This document shows, one piece after another, positions 63,710 to 64,000 of a stretch of 64,000 nucleotides of DNA (positions are counted from its first letter, which is position 1; every line of letters starts with the position of its first letter). The notes under the pieces were generated by a model. It was not told where the DNA came from, ran no database searches, and was given only the letters and a program-made list of their open reading frames with translations. Location: the NCBI GenBank assembly GCA_035084275.1, contig CM068742.1, positions 123,070,001 through 123,134,000 of the forward strand, in the 5' to 3' direction. The position numbers and the translations under genes are program-made. This stretch comes from Hydrolagus colliei. Taxonomy: Eukaryota.

Positions 63710-64000
63710 CTAAAGCTGGAAAGGTTGGATCATTTGTAATTCAATAAATCCACTTTTTACGTGATGGGATTCATTTATCCCGACTGAGCTGAGTATAGAG
63801 TTCCTGTCAATGTTCCATTGGTAGGCTCCAAATCCCATATATCTCAGTGTGGCATCTCCCTGACTCTCAGCGTGGCATCGCCGAGACTGACAGAGTTTGG
63901 AGAGCAGCTGTTCTGGGAACCGTGCACGCTCCCCCACCAAAAAATGCCTTAGAAAGACAGCAGTTTTTAATGAAAAGAAGATTTGTCTTGTTGACCCAAG

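Larger units (their letters stand above)
6845..64000 (+). other. NFIB: NFIB intron 2 (partial, runs past the window end)
   Basis: GTAAGG donor. No exon-3-like coding sequence recognised downstream. NFI genes are known to have a very large intron 2. A short diverged exon 3 could have been missed by eye. Confidence 0.8.

Overview
Vertebrate genomic DNA holding the 5' end of a Nuclear Factor I B gene (NFIB) on the + strand. Coding exon 1 (88-117, MMYSPICLTQ) is followed by a 6,195-nt intron 1, the 532-nt exon 2 encoding the NFI DNA-binding/dimerisation domain (6313-6844), and over 57 kb of intron 2; I could not find exon 3. The repeats (tRNA-headed SINEs with L2-type tails, Deu-domain SINEs, L2/CR1/RTE fragments, a Penelope-type foldback, one young-looking hAT element) suggest a cartilaginous fish, which is an inference. 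Almost all other ORFs in the track are spurious or repeat-derived. I cannot demonstrate a wholly new biological system. The best leads are a candidate internal promoter with an ATG-only first exon, a candidate intron-2 read-through/polyadenylated isoform with only the DNA-binding domain, intronic clusters of NFI sites (possible autoregulation), an RFX/YY1/NFI element at 42.6-43.4 kb, an AT-rich but CpG-undepleted, repeat-free 5' domain, and a hAT element carrying a G-rich minisatellite. Repeat boundaries are approximate and were set by eye.
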